Virus record (IMG/VR): IMGVR_UViG_2663763407_000004
Coordinates: 1-64,000 of that record
Origin: an uncultured virus (IMG/VR IMGVR_UViG_2663763407_000004)
Lineage: Duplodnaviria; Heunggongvirae; Uroviricota; Caudoviricetes
Direction: 5' to 3' (one strand)
Length of the DNA: 64,000 nt
Within the stretch, counting starts at the first letter, position 1. Every line of letters begins with the position of its first letter. Both the position numbers and the translations under genes were made by a program. Below the pieces are notes generated by a model. The model was not told the DNA's origin. It did not search any database and was given only the letters and a program-made list of their open reading frames with translations. Below are positions 48,816-58,748 of this stretch, in pieces.

Positions 48816-49463
48816 TCAATACTCCAGCAGCCGGTTAACTGCCTGTTCCATTTCATACTCGTTATCAAAGTGCTGGCCTAATGTCTCATTCCAGATAACA
48901 CCGGCCACGCCTTTATAAATACGGTCAAAAGCCCCCTGATCCATATTCACGAATGCGATACTCCAACGCTGTTTCAATGTGCCACCCTCTGGGTTTGGCA
49001 TCAGGTCATAGAATCCGGCTTTGATCATGACGTGGTTGAAGTAGGCTGCATCAGTCTTTACAGCCTCCCCATCAAACCTCTTCTGGCGCTGCCGGATTAC
49101 CCTATCTAATACTGCTTGAGCAATAGACTTTGTAACATTCTCATAGAGTTCAGGATCTCCAGCGGCACTACCCACAGCTTTAGCCACCTCATGGGCTATC
49201 CATTCCTCTGGCGCACTAACAAAGGTCCAATCCGGTACCCAATATGAGAAACCCAGCTCCAACAATTTCCAGAATTTACGGTGATGCTTCAGGTTGCGCC
49301 GGTCGCCAATTGGACTCATTGAGATTGGTGTGCCCGCAGGCACCCCTTTCATCGTTTCGCGATCATGATCAGTGGCGTACTTGATTCCACCACCAGGTAA
49401 CAGGACGCCCAGCACCTCAGTCTTTTTCTTTCTCGGGGACTTAGTTCGCTGAGTTGTTGTCAT
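48816..49463 (-). CDS. DUF1367 family protein
   Basis: RNLKHHRKFWKLLELGF, SIAFVNMDQ..F..IY. Confidence 0.8.
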   Translation of the reverse strand: MTTTQRTKSPRKKKTEVLGVLLPGGGIKYATDHDRETMKGVPAGTPISMSPIGDRRNLKHHRKFWKLLELGFSYWVPDWTFVSAPEEWIAHEVAKAVGSAAGDPELYENVTKSIAQAVLDRVIRQRQKRFDGEAVKTDAAYFNHVMIKAGFYDLMPNPEGGTLKQRWSIAFVNMDQGAFDRIYKGVAGVIWNETLGQHFDNEYEMEQAVNRLLEY

Positions 49464-50125
49464 ACGGCCCCCATTAAGGACAGCCGCTCGGCCTCTCTAC
49501 GGATCTGGGCTAAAAATGCTTCGCCAGTGGCAAGTAACTGCTCACGGCTGATATAGCTAATGGCTGGGCCACGCCATTCCTTATCGAAAATGGCAATAGC
49601 CGCACCAAACCCAGCATTACAGGCCACCTGAGTGCTATCTTCGGGACGGAACCATGCAGGTACTTCAAAACCAATTCTGCCGCGAATGAAAGCGATATGG
49701 TCAGCTTCTTCAGGCCACCACACCTCTGACGTGGCCGCTTTGGTCAAATAGACATAGCGACCTCCGCGCTGCCGCATTTCGGAGGTATAAGCCATGATGT
49801 GCCGCATACCAGTGATATATTGCCCTTCATGCTTCTTCGCCGTGCTGTAGGGAGGATTGGCGAAAGCGGCACCATTCAACTCGGTCAGTTTCGCTGCCCA
49901 ATCTTGAGTGAGCGCATTATCTTCCGCAGTGTAATAAGCGGGTGTTTTTGCATTATCACCATCACTGAACAGATCCAGGACTAACGGGCCAAACATCGCA
50001 TTGATACCCCAGAACAGAGCATCTGGCGTGCGCCACTGATCACCAATCAATTTCAACTTATGCGTTGGGGCGGATTTGAGAGCTGCCAGATCATGAACAT
50101 ATTGGGTATTGGAGAAATCAATCAT
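49460..50125 (-). CDS. Phage N6-adenine DNA methyltransferase
   Basis: DQWRTP, LDLF, NPPYS. Confidence 0.88.
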   Translation of the reverse strand: MIDFSNTQYVHDLAALKSAPTHKLKLIGDQWRTPDALFWGINAMFGPLVLDLFSDGDNAKTPAYYTAEDNALTQDWAAKLTELNGAAFANPPYSTAKKHEGQYITGMRHIMAYTSEMRQRGGRYVYLTKAATSEVWWPEEADHIAFIRGRIGFEVPAWFRPEDSTQVACNAGFGAAIAIFDKEWRGPAISYISREQLLATGEAFLAQIRREAERLSLMGAV

Positions 50126-50474
50126 GCAATGGCTCCCCATGACCAGAATTTGGAACCAGGCGATAAAACCAAACACGCTTACCGCTATCCTCATTGCGGA
50201 CAGTTCTAACCTGTTTCACCAGCCCATGACGGACAGGATTAATTTCACGCAGGCGTGCGCTTATAGCGGTCTGGGTATCACCTTCACCGGGGAACATCTG
50301 GGATAATAATTTTTCGAGATCGCGCAGGGTCCGCCAGTCAGCACCACTGGCGGCACTGATCACGCGGTTTAACTGGCTGTTTGCATCACTTAACCGACCA
50401 GCCAGACGCATAGATCTTATATCGTTGTTAATACCAACCCTTTCGGCGTTGGGTACGTGTGGCTTGATCACCAT
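50118..50474 (-). CDS. Hypothetical wHTH-like protein
   Basis: WRTLRDL..DTQTAISARLRE. Confidence 0.55.
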   Translation of the reverse strand: MVIKPHVPNAERVGINNDIRSMRLAGRLSDANSQLNRVISAASGADWRTLRDLEKLLSQMFPGEGDTQTAISARLREINPVRHGLVKQVRTVRNEDSGKRVWFYRLVPNSGHGEPLHD

Positions 50475-51610
50475 TACGCGCCCTCCCCGACCAGCACTTG
50501 GCGGGTTCCGTCTGGCGTTGGTTGTGACACAATGCCTTCAACCTGCATTCTTTCTAGCAGCCAGGCAGCACGGTTATAACCAATGCGGAGTTCACGCTGT
50601 AGCCCAGAGATTGAAGCTTTACCTTTTGCCTTGATGAACACCACTGCTTCAGGGTAGCGATCATCATCGTCCCGTTCTGCACCGTCCAAGTCTACCCATG
50701 AACTACTGGTTGCCTCTCCGCCTAATGCGGTAACCAAATCCGCAATCAAGGCAGCTAATTCACCCGTCATCAGAATGAAATCGGCATCAAATCGCTGGGC
50801 ATAATCCTCGCGATCGATATCGTCGTTTTGCTCCAGAAGCGTGGCACTGTATTTAACTCTCTTCAGGCTGCCATCGTCGGACAACATGAAACTGATACGT
50901 TCTCGCCACTCCAAAGCCAACTTGGTAACCAGTTTACCGGCGGCGATATGCCCACGGATCTCGTCACTGACTAAATCCTGATGTTTACTGCGCAGAATGC
51001 CACCCTGTTCCAACACAGCCTTTAACTCAGCTTCTTCCTGAAGCACAAACCCAGCAGGCGCTGCACCTGAGCGCAACCATTCGGTCAGCGTCAGTTCGAT
51101 TGGGGTATCAAGTGTCATAGGGATAACAGGCAGTGAACCCATGGTTTTGCGCAATAATGACAATGCATTTTCAGCTTTCCGCGCGCTAGCGGCATCGATG
51201 ATGATTAACCCAGCCCCTGCGTTAATCCAGATGGATGTTGTAGAGTATTTGCTAAAGGCCCGTGGCAGCAGAGTCTGGATAACTTCATCTTTCAGCGAGT
51301 CTTTTTCTGTTTTTTTCAGTTTACGGTGTTGCTCTTGTTCCAAGCGTTCAGCTTTACTCGCCAGCTCACGGGCGATAACCGGCGCAGGTAAATCCTTTTT
51401 TTCACACTGCAATGTGATCAGGATTTGCTTGTTAGCCACATGCGCTAGCGTGGCGCTTTCGTTACCCATTGGCGATATCCAACCAGTTTTCGCCATATCC
51501 TGGCTACCACACGGTGTAAATGCGAATTGCGCCATTTGCTCTTCCAGATTGGCGAAAGATACATCGCGGGATAGTTTGTAAATCAACACGTTCTTGAAAT
51601 TAATGCTCAT
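50474..51610 (-). CDS. rdgC: RdgC with C-terminal FtsK-gamma-like domain
   Basis: [24 protein letters not shown]; tail [18 protein letters not shown]. Confidence 0.88.
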   Translation of the reverse strand: MSINFKNVLIYKLSRDVSFANLEEQMAQFAFTPCGSQDMAKTGWISPMGNESATLAHVANKQILITLQCEKKDLPAPVIARELASKAERLEQEQHRKLKKTEKDSLKDEVIQTLLPRAFSKYSTTSIWINAGAGLIIIDAASARKAENALSLLRKTMGSLPVIPMTLDTPIELTLTEWLRSGAAPAGFVLQEEAELKAVLEQGGILRSKHQDLVSDEIRGHIAAGKLVTKLALEWRERISFMLSDDGSLKRVKYSATLLEQNDDIDREDYAQRFDADFILMTGELAALIADLVTALGGEATSSSWVDLDGAERDDDDRYPEAVVFIKAKGKASISGLQRELRIGYNRAAWLLERMQVEGIVSQPTPDGTRQVLVGEGA

Positions 51611-51613
51611 TGG

Positions 51614-52387
51614 TCAGTCCTCAGTAATTTGATTATTATGCAAACCGTGGTCGGCGGCCTGCTGCAATGACTCTCGGTGTTTACTGTCCAGAGACTCTTG
51701 TAACCTGATACTTTCATCGCACCATCTTCTTGCCCTTTCCTCCTGATCCTGTTTAATTTTGTCTTTCAACTCGTCTAAAAAATGACGGATTTTTGTTGGT
51801 ACCCCATTACCCAACTTGCCCTTATCTGATAACAACAACTGATATTTCTCAGCTTTAGGTTTGGGCAATAGTCCTGTTGTTACCGCCTGTTCAACCGTGC
51901 GTTTTACCGTTTCTTTGTCCCATCCCTCCGACACTGACCACTCCGGTGATCGCCCTGTCCCCTGTGCTGCCTTAGTCAATCGCTCATAGGCCGCAATGAA
52001 AGCCATACGCGCACCTACCTTGTCGCCTTCCTGCATAATTGGCTGAGCAATATTCCATGCCTGAGCAATTTCATTCGTCCAGACCACGGTGTTAGCCTCA
52101 TCTTGCGCGGGTAATGCCAATGCCCACGCCTCATTCGCTGAAAGCCAATCGGGCTTACCGGCAATATGTTGGATATTGCGGATAATATCGGCAGGCTTTG
52201 GCGAGAAACGGCCCTGATCCGGATCGGTCAGCCAGTTACTGAATGCCTGGCGCACTGTGTCGATATCGTTGGGCAGCAACGCATTCCAATAGAGTTCCAG
52301 CACGGCTTTTGAAGCATCTTTGCCGTATATCGCCAGAGTGGCTTTCATGATTTCTGCAAATTCACGTTTATCATCTAAACCCTGCAT
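51614..52387 (-). CDS. Putative replication/helicase loader-like protein
   Basis: Follows initiator; F.PKPADII motif. Confidence 0.55.
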   Translation of the reverse strand: MQGLDDKREFAEIMKATLAIYGKDASKAVLELYWNALLPNDIDTVRQAFSNWLTDPDQGRFSPKPADIIRNIQHIAGKPDWLSANEAWALALPAQDEANTVVWTNEIAQAWNIAQPIMQEGDKVGARMAFIAAYERLTKAAQGTGRSPEWSVSEGWDKETVKRTVEQAVTTGLLPKPKAEKYQLLLSDKGKLGNGVPTKIRHFLDELKDKIKQDQEERARRWCDESIRLQESLDSKHRESLQQAADHGLHNNQITED

Positions 52388-52389
52388 AC

Positions 52390-53235
52390 TCACCACCCAT
52401 CATTGACAAAATCATCCGCAACCCGCGCATTGTGTGCCTCCAGCGCTTCCTGACGACTCATGCCGGTGTTACCAGCGCACTGATTTTGTGGCCGACTACG
52501 ATTCTGCAACCATTCAAATTTCAACCCCTGCCAACCGGCGGCCATGGCTTCAGACAACGCATCATCCACAGACCATCCAGCAGCAACCGCTTTACTCAAC
52601 TCCTTACCCAGCATGTTCACCACGGTCTGAGTCATTGGCGCTCGTTTTGCTTTTCGGTGTTTTAGGTAGTCATCCCAAATCTCAGAGCTAACAGCCATCG
52701 GAAAAGCTGAGAAGTCTATTGCCGAACTTTTAGCCGCCTTACGTGTGCGCTTCTCTGTAGTAATCTCTGTAGTAATCTCTGTATGATCGAAATGGGGAAT
52801 CCCTTGCCCGCCAGTTAGGGAATCCCTTGCTGGCGGCTTGGGCTTTTCCTCGTTCGCCAATTGGGGTTTTCCCGTTTCCCGAAATGGGCTTTCCCCATTT
52901 GGGGATTTATCAATAGGTTGCGATAGCATTCCATCCAACCGGTCGGTATCAATCTGATAGTAAATACGGTGTTCTAACCGCTTATTTGTTTCTTTCAAAA
53001 CCCCCGCTTGCTTGAGCTTTTTACGAGCTGTGAGTTGTTCCTCGTAGGTCAATCCTGTTTCAGATTCAATCTCTTCCGTAGTTTTAAAAATGCCAAACTC
53101 TGAAGTTTCTTTGCCAGTCCAATAGAAGAACTGGCAGAACAAAATGACTGCGTTTACGCTCCCAAGATATGGAACCAAGCCAGGGTAGTAAGCAATCGGC
53201 CGGCCAAATTGGTATATGAGTTCAGATGGCGTCAT
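52390..53235 (-). CDS. Replication initiator protein
   Basis: RPIAYYP..NAVILFCQ..W wHTH, TEITTEITTE linker, W..Y.KHRK. Confidence 0.8.
   Translation of the reverse strand: MTPSELIYQFGRPIAYYPGLVPYLGSVNAVILFCQFFYWTGKETSEFGIFKTTEEIESETGLTYEEQLTARKKLKQAGVLKETNKRLEHRIYYQIDTDRLDGMLSQPIDKSPNGESPFRETGKPQLANEEKPKPPARDSLTGGQGIPHFDHTEITTEITTEKRTRKAAKSSAIDFSAFPMAVSSEIWDDYLKHRKAKRAPMTQTVVNMLGKELSKAVAAGWSVDDALSEAMAAGWQGLKFEWLQNRSRPQNQCAGNTGMSRQEALEAHNARVADDFVNDGW
52790..52910. other. Candidate replication origin (iteron-like repeats inside initiator gene)
   Basis: gggaatcccttgc x2, plus gggcttttcc / ggggttttccc / gggctttcccc variants. Confidence 0.5.
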
Positions 53236-53243
53236 AGTTCCCC

Positions 53244-53423
53244 CTACGGCTGCTTTGCAACAGAGGGACTATGTTGGCGGGAATAAAATGCCTGGGTAAT
53301 ACCAGACAAAGCCCCTGTGATAGCCATACGGCGGGCCTCCTGCCCGTCAATAGCCAGTTTTTTACCCACAATACTGGCAATCAATTCTACCGATTGTGTG
53401 GTCGTTGGCGTGATATTGGTCAT
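53244..53423 (-). CDS. Small hypothetical protein (59 aa)
   Basis: GGAG RBS; ATGA-coupled to upstream gene. Confidence 0.5.
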   Translation of the reverse strand: MTNITPTTTQSVELIASIVGKKLAIDGQEARRMAITGALSGITQAFYSRQHSPSVAKQP

Positions 53424-53782
53424 TGGGATTTCTCCTGGCTGATTGGAAGCTCAGGCAGCCACTCGGGTACCGGCAGCCCGGCGAGTTTTAATTCAGCATG
53501 GACGTGAGCCAGCATTTCTGGAGCTTCAGCAAACATCGCCAAAAAACCACGAATTGCGGCCACATTGGTTTCTACTGCAGGGTTTGAATCCAGCGCATTG
53601 GCGGTGCTTTTTATGGCCACTGCCTCGCTTTCTGTCCACCTGGTCTTAATCTGATCTTCACGCACGGTATGGAACGGTAAACCGTTCTTTCCCACCTTTT
53701 TCCGGGATAGCAACTCCCGCCGGACGTCAGAGGCTATCGTAGCCCCTGCCGTTATAGCGGCAGGTTGATAAATTGTGGTCAT
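53420..53782 (-). CDS. Hypothetical regulator (CII position)
   Basis: Preceded by AGGACTGACCAATG motif. Confidence 0.55.
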   Translation of the reverse strand: MTTIYQPAAITAGATIASDVRRELLSRKKVGKNGLPFHTVREDQIKTRWTESEAVAIKSTANALDSNPAVETNVAAIRGFLAMFAEAPEMLAHVHAELKLAGLPVPEWLPELPISQEKSQ

Positions 53783-53867
53783 TGGTCAGTCCTTAAATAT
53801 CTTGGGTGATTACACGCATGGACATAAACTGTTAATCGTTTCTTTTTTAGTCCGCCATGGAGGCGCA

Positions 53868-54173
53868 ATGTCCAGTGATAATTCCCTTAGTTACATTAGA
53901 GCCTTGGTCGATGTTGTCGCCATTACCGTGCTATCCGGTAGTGATGAACAACATAAGCTCCGCATCAAGCAAAGTCTGGATGCAATCATGAATCATCCGA
54001 CATTGGAGATTTCACCTGAGGGTCAGGAATTATTTGCTCACTTTGCTGCCCTTCTGGATGGTTCAAGTACTGAGGTTTTCCTTTCAGCACGCATAAGCCA
54101 AGAAGATCCAGATCCTGAAAAGTCACACTCTTCCCCTCATTTGCGTTTATTGAGAGGGGGCAAAGAGGAGTAG
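53868..54173 (+). CDS. Hypothetical protein antisense within pR operon
   Basis: GGAGG RBS; ends HLRLLRGGKEE. Confidence 0.5.
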   Translation: MSSDNSLSYIRALVDVVAITVLSGSDEQHKLRIKQSLDAIMNHPTLEISPEGQELFAHFAALLDGSSTEVFLSARISQEDPDPEKSHSSPHLRLLRGGKEE

Positions 54174-54237
54174 CAGTTTTTTGTGTTTTACGCTTAGCTC
54201 TCCAGCTAGCGAGCCAACGCTTTGGGCTAATAGTCAT
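53986..54237 (-). CDS. Small hypothetical protein
   Basis: Preceded by GAGGACTGACCAATG motif. Confidence 0.4.
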   Translation of the reverse strand: MTISPKRWLASWRAKRKTQKTATPLCPLSINANEGKSVTFQDLDLLGLCVLKGKPQYLNHPEGQQSEQIIPDPQVKSPMSDDS

Positions 54238-54254
54238 TGGTCAGTCCTCTATCT

Positions 54255-54500
54255 TTACTGATGAGCTGGTTTGGTCAGAACCAGGCTGAGATTTTCCGGA
54301 TTACGGCCATAGTCGGCCGGGTTATAGGTGTATGGGATGCAGGAAGATAAATGGCACAACAGGGCAATATCTTCAGGCACACCTTGTGAACGCCACTTAC
54401 CAACAGCTTGCCCGGTTCGTGGCTTACCTTTTGCAGGAAAGCGGCGGCCAATTTCCGCATTGCTGCCAATTTCAGTTTTCAAAATTTCATATAGTTTCAT
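54255..54500 (-). CDS. cro: Cro-like regulator
   Basis: GGAGG RBS; HTH ..GQAVGKW; divergent from cI. Confidence 0.75.
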   Translation of the reverse strand: MKLYEILKTEIGSNAEIGRRFPAKGKPRTGQAVGKWRSQGVPEDIALLCHLSSCIPYTYNPADYGRNPENLSLVLTKPAHQ

Positions 54501-54519
54501 TGAAACCTCCTCGCTAAGC

Positions 54520-54592
54520 GTAACTAAAGTGTCGGGCTCACGCAAGAGAATAACGAAAACAAAGTTTCCAAAGATGGTGTTACTTTGGTGTC
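54520..54592. promoter_or_regulatory. OR operators (3 imperfect palindromes)
   Basis: GTAACTAAAGTGTC (54520), GAAAACAAAGTTTC (54555), GTTACTTTGGTGTC (54579); same consensus as OL sites. Confidence 0.6.
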
Positions 54593-54626
54593 AGATTTTA
54601 GCTATACACAATATTTGGAGAATTTA

Positions 54627-55313
54627 ATGACAAGCACTCTGGCTGAAAGGGTTAGCGAACGTAGAGCGGCTTTGAATCTTAGTCAGGAAGAATTAGCCAG
54701 GAAAGCCGGTGTATCGAGGGTTGCCATAAGCAAAGCTGAGCTGGGGCTGACCAAAAATTTTAATGGTGATACGCTGTTTAATATTGCCCGTGCTCTTTTA
54801 TGCAATCCAGAATGGCTTCAGACGGGAAAGGGAAATCCTGAATTACAATCCACATCCAGCGCTAATTGGGATGCGAATGTGAAAGAGAATAAAGACTCGC
54901 ATCCTGTACAATCCTATGAGTACCCAAAAATCAGTTGGGTTAGCGCGGGGAATTGGTCTGAAGCTATTGAGCCATACAGCCTCAACGAAATAGATGATTG
55001 GGTCACTACCACCAAATATGCGGGCCAAAACGCTTTTTGGCTTGATGTTAAAGGAGACTCCATGACCTCCCCGGTGGGGCTAACCATTCCAGAAGGTATG
55101 TCAGTATTAGTGAATCCTGATATCGAACCCACTTCGGGTAAATTGGTGATTGCTAAATTAACTGATGATAATGAGGCTACATTCAAACGTTATATTGAAG
55201 ATGCTGGCAATAAATATCTCAAACCGCTTAACCCTCAGTATCCAATGATAAAAATCAATGGTAACTGTCGTATTATTGGGGTTGTCGTTGAAGCCAAATG
55301 GGAAAATTTATAG
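54627..55313 (+). CDS. cI: CI repressor (HTH + S24 peptidase)
   Basis: SQEELARKAGVSRVAIS HTH; SAG cleavage site; GDSM and TFKR catalytic motifs. Confidence 0.93.
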   Translation: MTSTLAERVSERRAALNLSQEELARKAGVSRVAISKAELGLTKNFNGDTLFNIARALLCNPEWLQTGKGNPELQSTSSANWDANVKENKDSHPVQSYEYPKISWVSAGNWSEAIEPYSLNEIDDWVTTTKYAGQNAFWLDVKGDSMTSPVGLTIPEGMSVLVNPDIEPTSGKLVIAKLTDDNEATFKRYIEDAGNKYLKPLNPQYPMIKINGNCRIIGVVVEAKWENL

Positions 55314-55323
55314 GGAGATAGCA

Positions 55324-55938
55324 ATGTATTGTATGAAATGCGGCGCATCAGTTGAGCCCCATAGCAAGTATTGTTCATCATGCGGAACTCAAGTTAGTCA
55401 ACCAAGCCAAATAAATCCCTCAAATACCTGGCTGAGTGATTCGCCTAAAAGGCAGCAAACCATTATTGATCCAAAACCTGCCGCAACAACAGAAAATAGC
55501 CTCATAGGTTTTATCAAAAAATGGGGCACGAGAGCTATTATTCTCATTGTTGCTACTATCTTTGCTGTCCTCGCTAAAGATTTAGGGCGCACACTAACAG
55601 ATAAATCAGATAATGCTTCAATTTGGGAAAAAGCCGTACCAGCATTTGCTGAAGAAAAAATCAAAATTGGCATCCCTAAGCGTTTAGATGACAACACCCT
55701 TTTAACTGATATGTTTGTCAAAGAAAAAAGCATTAATTATATATATAAAATAAATGATATGAGTCCTGATGACGAAACGGTTATTCACGCTAAAGCCGTT
55801 GCGAAAGAAAGTTTTACTCATGCACTTTGCGACAACATTCTCATCGATAAATATCAAGGCTCAGTTAACTATATTTACCAATTCCCCACAAAGACATTGA
55901 CCGCCACCTTTAATAAATCAGACTGCCCACCTCGTTAA
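55324..55938 (+). CDS. Zinc-ribbon membrane protein co-transcribed with cI
   Basis: MYCMKCG..KYCSSCG, one TM, periplasmic C-terminus. Confidence 0.7.
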   Translation: MYCMKCGASVEPHSKYCSSCGTQVSQPSQINPSNTWLSDSPKRQQTIIDPKPAATTENSLIGFIKKWGTRAIILIVATIFAVLAKDLGRTLTDKSDNASIWEKAVPAFAEEKIKIGIPKRLDDNTLLTDMFVKEKSINYIYKINDMSPDDETVIHAKAVAKESFTHALCDNILIDKYQGSVNYIYQFPTKTLTATFNKSDCPPR

Positions 55939-55990
55939 CTCCCCCATCTTTCAGAAAAACCACACTAAATGGTTTTTCACAACAGCACCC

Positions 55991-56042
55991 GAAACTAAAG
56001 TATCAAATCTCACTTGACGCAATCCGAAACTATAGTTACATT
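55991..56042 (+). promoter_or_regulatory. pL promoter with OL operators
   Basis: TTGACG-17-TACATT; GAAACTAAAGTATC (55991), GAAACTATAGTTAC (56026). Confidence 0.65.
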
Positions 56043-56248
56043 TGGATTCAAGAACAGAACCACCACCCGAAACAATGGGTACGCTCTTTAACAAATCGGT
56101 TAAGTGACATCAAACGGTCCGCGTGTACCGGTCACGGCTCAGCTAAACCACGAATCACCCACAATTGAGAAAAAAATCATGAAGTGGACTTACCCTGCCT
56201 CTGTCAGTGTGAGGAAGTAGGTATAAGATCACTGATAACGGTGTTTAC

Positions 56249-56464
56249 ATGAATAAACCTAGCCTAGATATACAACTACAAATAAAGGAACTACTGGAAA
56301 AATATCCGAGCTTTACTTTCCAGCAACTCAATAACTGGCTGAATAAAGACGGTCTTATGCTGTCAATTCGCACTATTGAAGAAAATCAACAGTTAGCGGG
56401 CACTGATATAACGATGAGTAACTCGGTTCCCTGTGGGAAGAACCTCAAAAGCAATCTCCAATAA
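56249..56464 (+). CDS. Small hypothetical protein
   Basis: 71-aa ORF downstream of pL. Confidence 0.4.
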   Translation: MNKPSLDIQLQIKELLEKYPSFTFQQLNNWLNKDGLMLSIRTIEENQQLAGTDITMSNSVPCGKNLKSNLQ

Positions 56465-56671
56465 TGGTTCTTCTGGAGTAGTGTTTGCCAGCGATGCATA
56501 AAATGCTCTTCTCTCTAGTGGCATATTTCTTACTAGTTTTTCTGCATGCGTACTGATTTCAAATACCCCGCACTCGACACATTTATAAGCTTTGTAGTTA
56601 GAAGAATCGGTGAACACATAGCTTCCAGCGCTATCACATAGCGGGCAAGTAGATTCAAATCTTTCTTTCAT
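56393..56671 (-). CDS. Small zinc-finger protein antisense to pL operon
   Basis: AAGGA RBS; CPLC..C.ECG. Confidence 0.55.
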   Translation of the reverse strand: MKERFESTCPLCDSAGSYVFTDSSNYKAYKCVECGVFEISTHAEKLVRNMPLERRAFYASLANTTPEEPLLEIAFEVLPTGNRVTHRYISAR

Positions 56672-56762
56672 ACAGATATCCTTACTTGTTGTGGTGACAG
56701 CAAGGATAGCACGCGCCGGGCGTGGATAAATATCCCGGCAAAAGCCAACTGAGGACTGACCA

Positions 56763-57008
56763 ATGGCCACAACATCTCGTCAAAAGCGTATGGCAAAAAA
56801 ACGCAATGCCCATATCCAGGCACTGGCAAAGCGTGAAAGTAACCGAGTTGAAAAAGCAGTATTAGTTTTGGTGCGGTGTAAACCGATGCCAGATATGCCA
56901 GCAGTACCCAGCAAGCCCAGAACTTCAGCAGATCCAGAGAAACGGATTGCAGCAGTTGCCCGCCAAAAGATGCGTGGTTGCAGTAAGTTACCTCGCGGCG
57001 TGCGTTAA
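56763..57008 (+). CDS. N-like arginine-rich antitermination peptide
   Basis: TSRQKRMAKKRNA basic motif, NRVEKAV; early in pL operon. Confidence 0.55.
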   Translation: MATTSRQKRMAKKRNAHIQALAKRESNRVEKAVLVLVRCKPMPDMPAVPSKPRTSADPEKRIAAVARQKMRGCSKLPRGVR

Positions 57009-57091
57009 GCATTAATTAGCAGTAAAGCAAAATAAACCATCGGAGCTACAGCTTAGGCTGTGGCTCTTTTTTTTACCTAAAAGGAACCAAT

Positions 57092-57361
57092 ATGAGCAAT
57101 TTACCAGCAATTAGTATGAAGCAGATTGAATCTTCCCAGATCCACAGCATCGGCCATGACCCAGTTAGCAACACTCTGGCGATTCGTTTTAAGTCGAAGG
57201 GTGAACCGGCAGCCCTGTATCACTACCAGAATGTGTCCGCTGATGATTACGCGGCATTCTCCGGTGCTGAATCAATTGGCTCCCACTTCTACCGCAATAT
57301 CAAGCCAGATACTGATCGTTATCCATTCCAACGCATTAATGAAAAGAAAGACGGCGAATAA
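57092..57361 (+). CDS. KTSC domain protein
   Basis: IESSQIHSIGHD..TLAIRF..YHY.NV..SIGSHFY.NIK. Confidence 0.85.
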   Translation: MSNLPAISMKQIESSQIHSIGHDPVSNTLAIRFKSKGEPAALYHYQNVSADDYAAFSGAESIGSHFYRNIKPDTDRYPFQRINEKKDGE

Positions 57362-57424
57362 GTGGCTTAACCGCTGCCTCTGTTCGCAGGGGCTTCGGCA
57401 ACACTCCTTACCGTGAGGTGCATC

Positions 57425-57751
57425 GTGAATGAATACAACTATCAGCGAATGGTTGAGCAATCGCTGGAACAGTATGACCGCCTATTAATTTCGGATCCTG
57501 ATGAGCAAGAGGAATTAGGCAAGCGGATTGAGTTTTTACGCCGTCATTCAAAAATGCTCGGCGCTTTTAAAACCGCTGTCAAAAATGGCTGCTTTATTGC
57601 GGGTGCAAGTACCCATTACCTTGCAGCTCTTACCGAAACAACCGCTATGGAACTCTATCTGGATGAGGTGCAGGAGGAAATATTTCTCCGTGTTGCCAAA
57701 GCAGAAAGAGCCATGGAGTTAGATGCAACACAAAGCACCTTCATAGACTAG
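57425..57751 (+). CDS. Phage hypothetical protein
   Basis: GAGGT RBS. Confidence 0.6.
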   Translation: MNEYNYQRMVEQSLEQYDRLLISDPDEQEELGKRIEFLRRHSKMLGAFKTAVKNGCFIAGASTHYLAALTETTAMELYLDEVQEEIFLRVAKAERAMELDATQSTFID

Positions 57752-57769
57752 GAATAATAATCGCGATAA

Positions 57770-58420
57770 TTATTTGATAGCCTTTTCAATGAAAATTGCT
57801 CTGCAATTAGCAAGGAATTCATTCTTTGTTGCTATTGGATCTGCTTTAATCTCAGCCCCCATTTCTGGGTTAGCCTTAGCCTGATTCAATATCGATCTTA
57901 AATAGTAATAAGCCGATTTATTAAATTCAGCATCAGCAGATTTTCCTATTTTTTTATTGAAATCATCCCAAACGCTAACGCCTGCGGCGATAGCAAGCTC
58001 GTCTGATTTTCCTTCACTGAAATAAGCTTTTAGTGTTTGAAAACCGGCAAGGCAGTTTGTATCTAATATCGTTAGAGTCTTATACCAAGATGCCTCTGAT
58101 TCTTTGCCTTCACATCCAGTCAGACGATACTCACTTTTCTCATTCTTAGAAAGATCTGAACTCACGTAGATAGTTTTGTGTTGAGTATAAACAAAGGGAA
58201 TGAAATCAGCCTCTTGACTATTTTCCCCTGTAATACGGACCTCACCACAAACAAACGTTTCGCCGGTAGAGTTGGTTACTTCAGTGATTGACCGATATTC
58301 CACTGTTTTCGGGTTCTGCATGCCTTCACGCATCACCTTTTCCATGGCTGGAATATCTACAGCAAATGCTGATGGAATACTAAGAATTGATGCTAATAAA
58401 ACTACAAGTTGTCTTTTCAT
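57770..58420 (-). CDS. Exported hypothetical protein (moron)
   Basis: Signal peptide ending AFA; VCGEV motif; antisense to pL operon. Confidence 0.65.
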   Translation of the reverse strand: MKRQLVVLLASILSIPSAFAVDIPAMEKVMREGMQNPKTVEYRSITEVTNSTGETFVCGEVRITGENSQEADFIPFVYTQHKTIYVSSDLSKNEKSEYRLTGCEGKESEASWYKTLTILDTNCLAGFQTLKAYFSEGKSDELAIAAGVSVWDDFNKKIGKSADAEFNKSAYYYLRSILNQAKANPEMGAEIKADPIATKNEFLANCRAIFIEKAIK

Positions 58421-58588
58421 ACCTTTTCTTACTTATCCATATCCTAAAAGAGAAAAGCCCCAGCGATTAAGCCGGGGCTATCCCAGGAGTGCGGGACCAA
58501 CCGCAAACCTACTGAGGACTGAACAATAACCACGAGGATTATTATCAGCGTGGTTGAGTGACCAAACCCAACCATGGGAAAGCATACC

Positions 58589-58738
58589 ATGACTATTGAA
58601 TTCATCAAGAAACTCCAATACCGCCACCGCGTTACCGGCGACGACTTCAACCTGCATCCCCGCCAATCTGGCCTGAAATTCTTCTTCGCCTGTGTTTTAG
58701 GCGCATTCATGTTTCTGGCTATCGCTGTCAAAATCTGA
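58589..58738 (+). CDS. Small membrane peptide (49 aa)
   Basis: MTIEFIKKLQYRHRVTGDDF...C-terminal TM. Confidence 0.55.
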   Translation: MTIEFIKKLQYRHRVTGDDFNLHPRQSGLKFFFACVLGAFMFLAIAVKI

Positions 58739-58748
58739 GGGCTGACCA

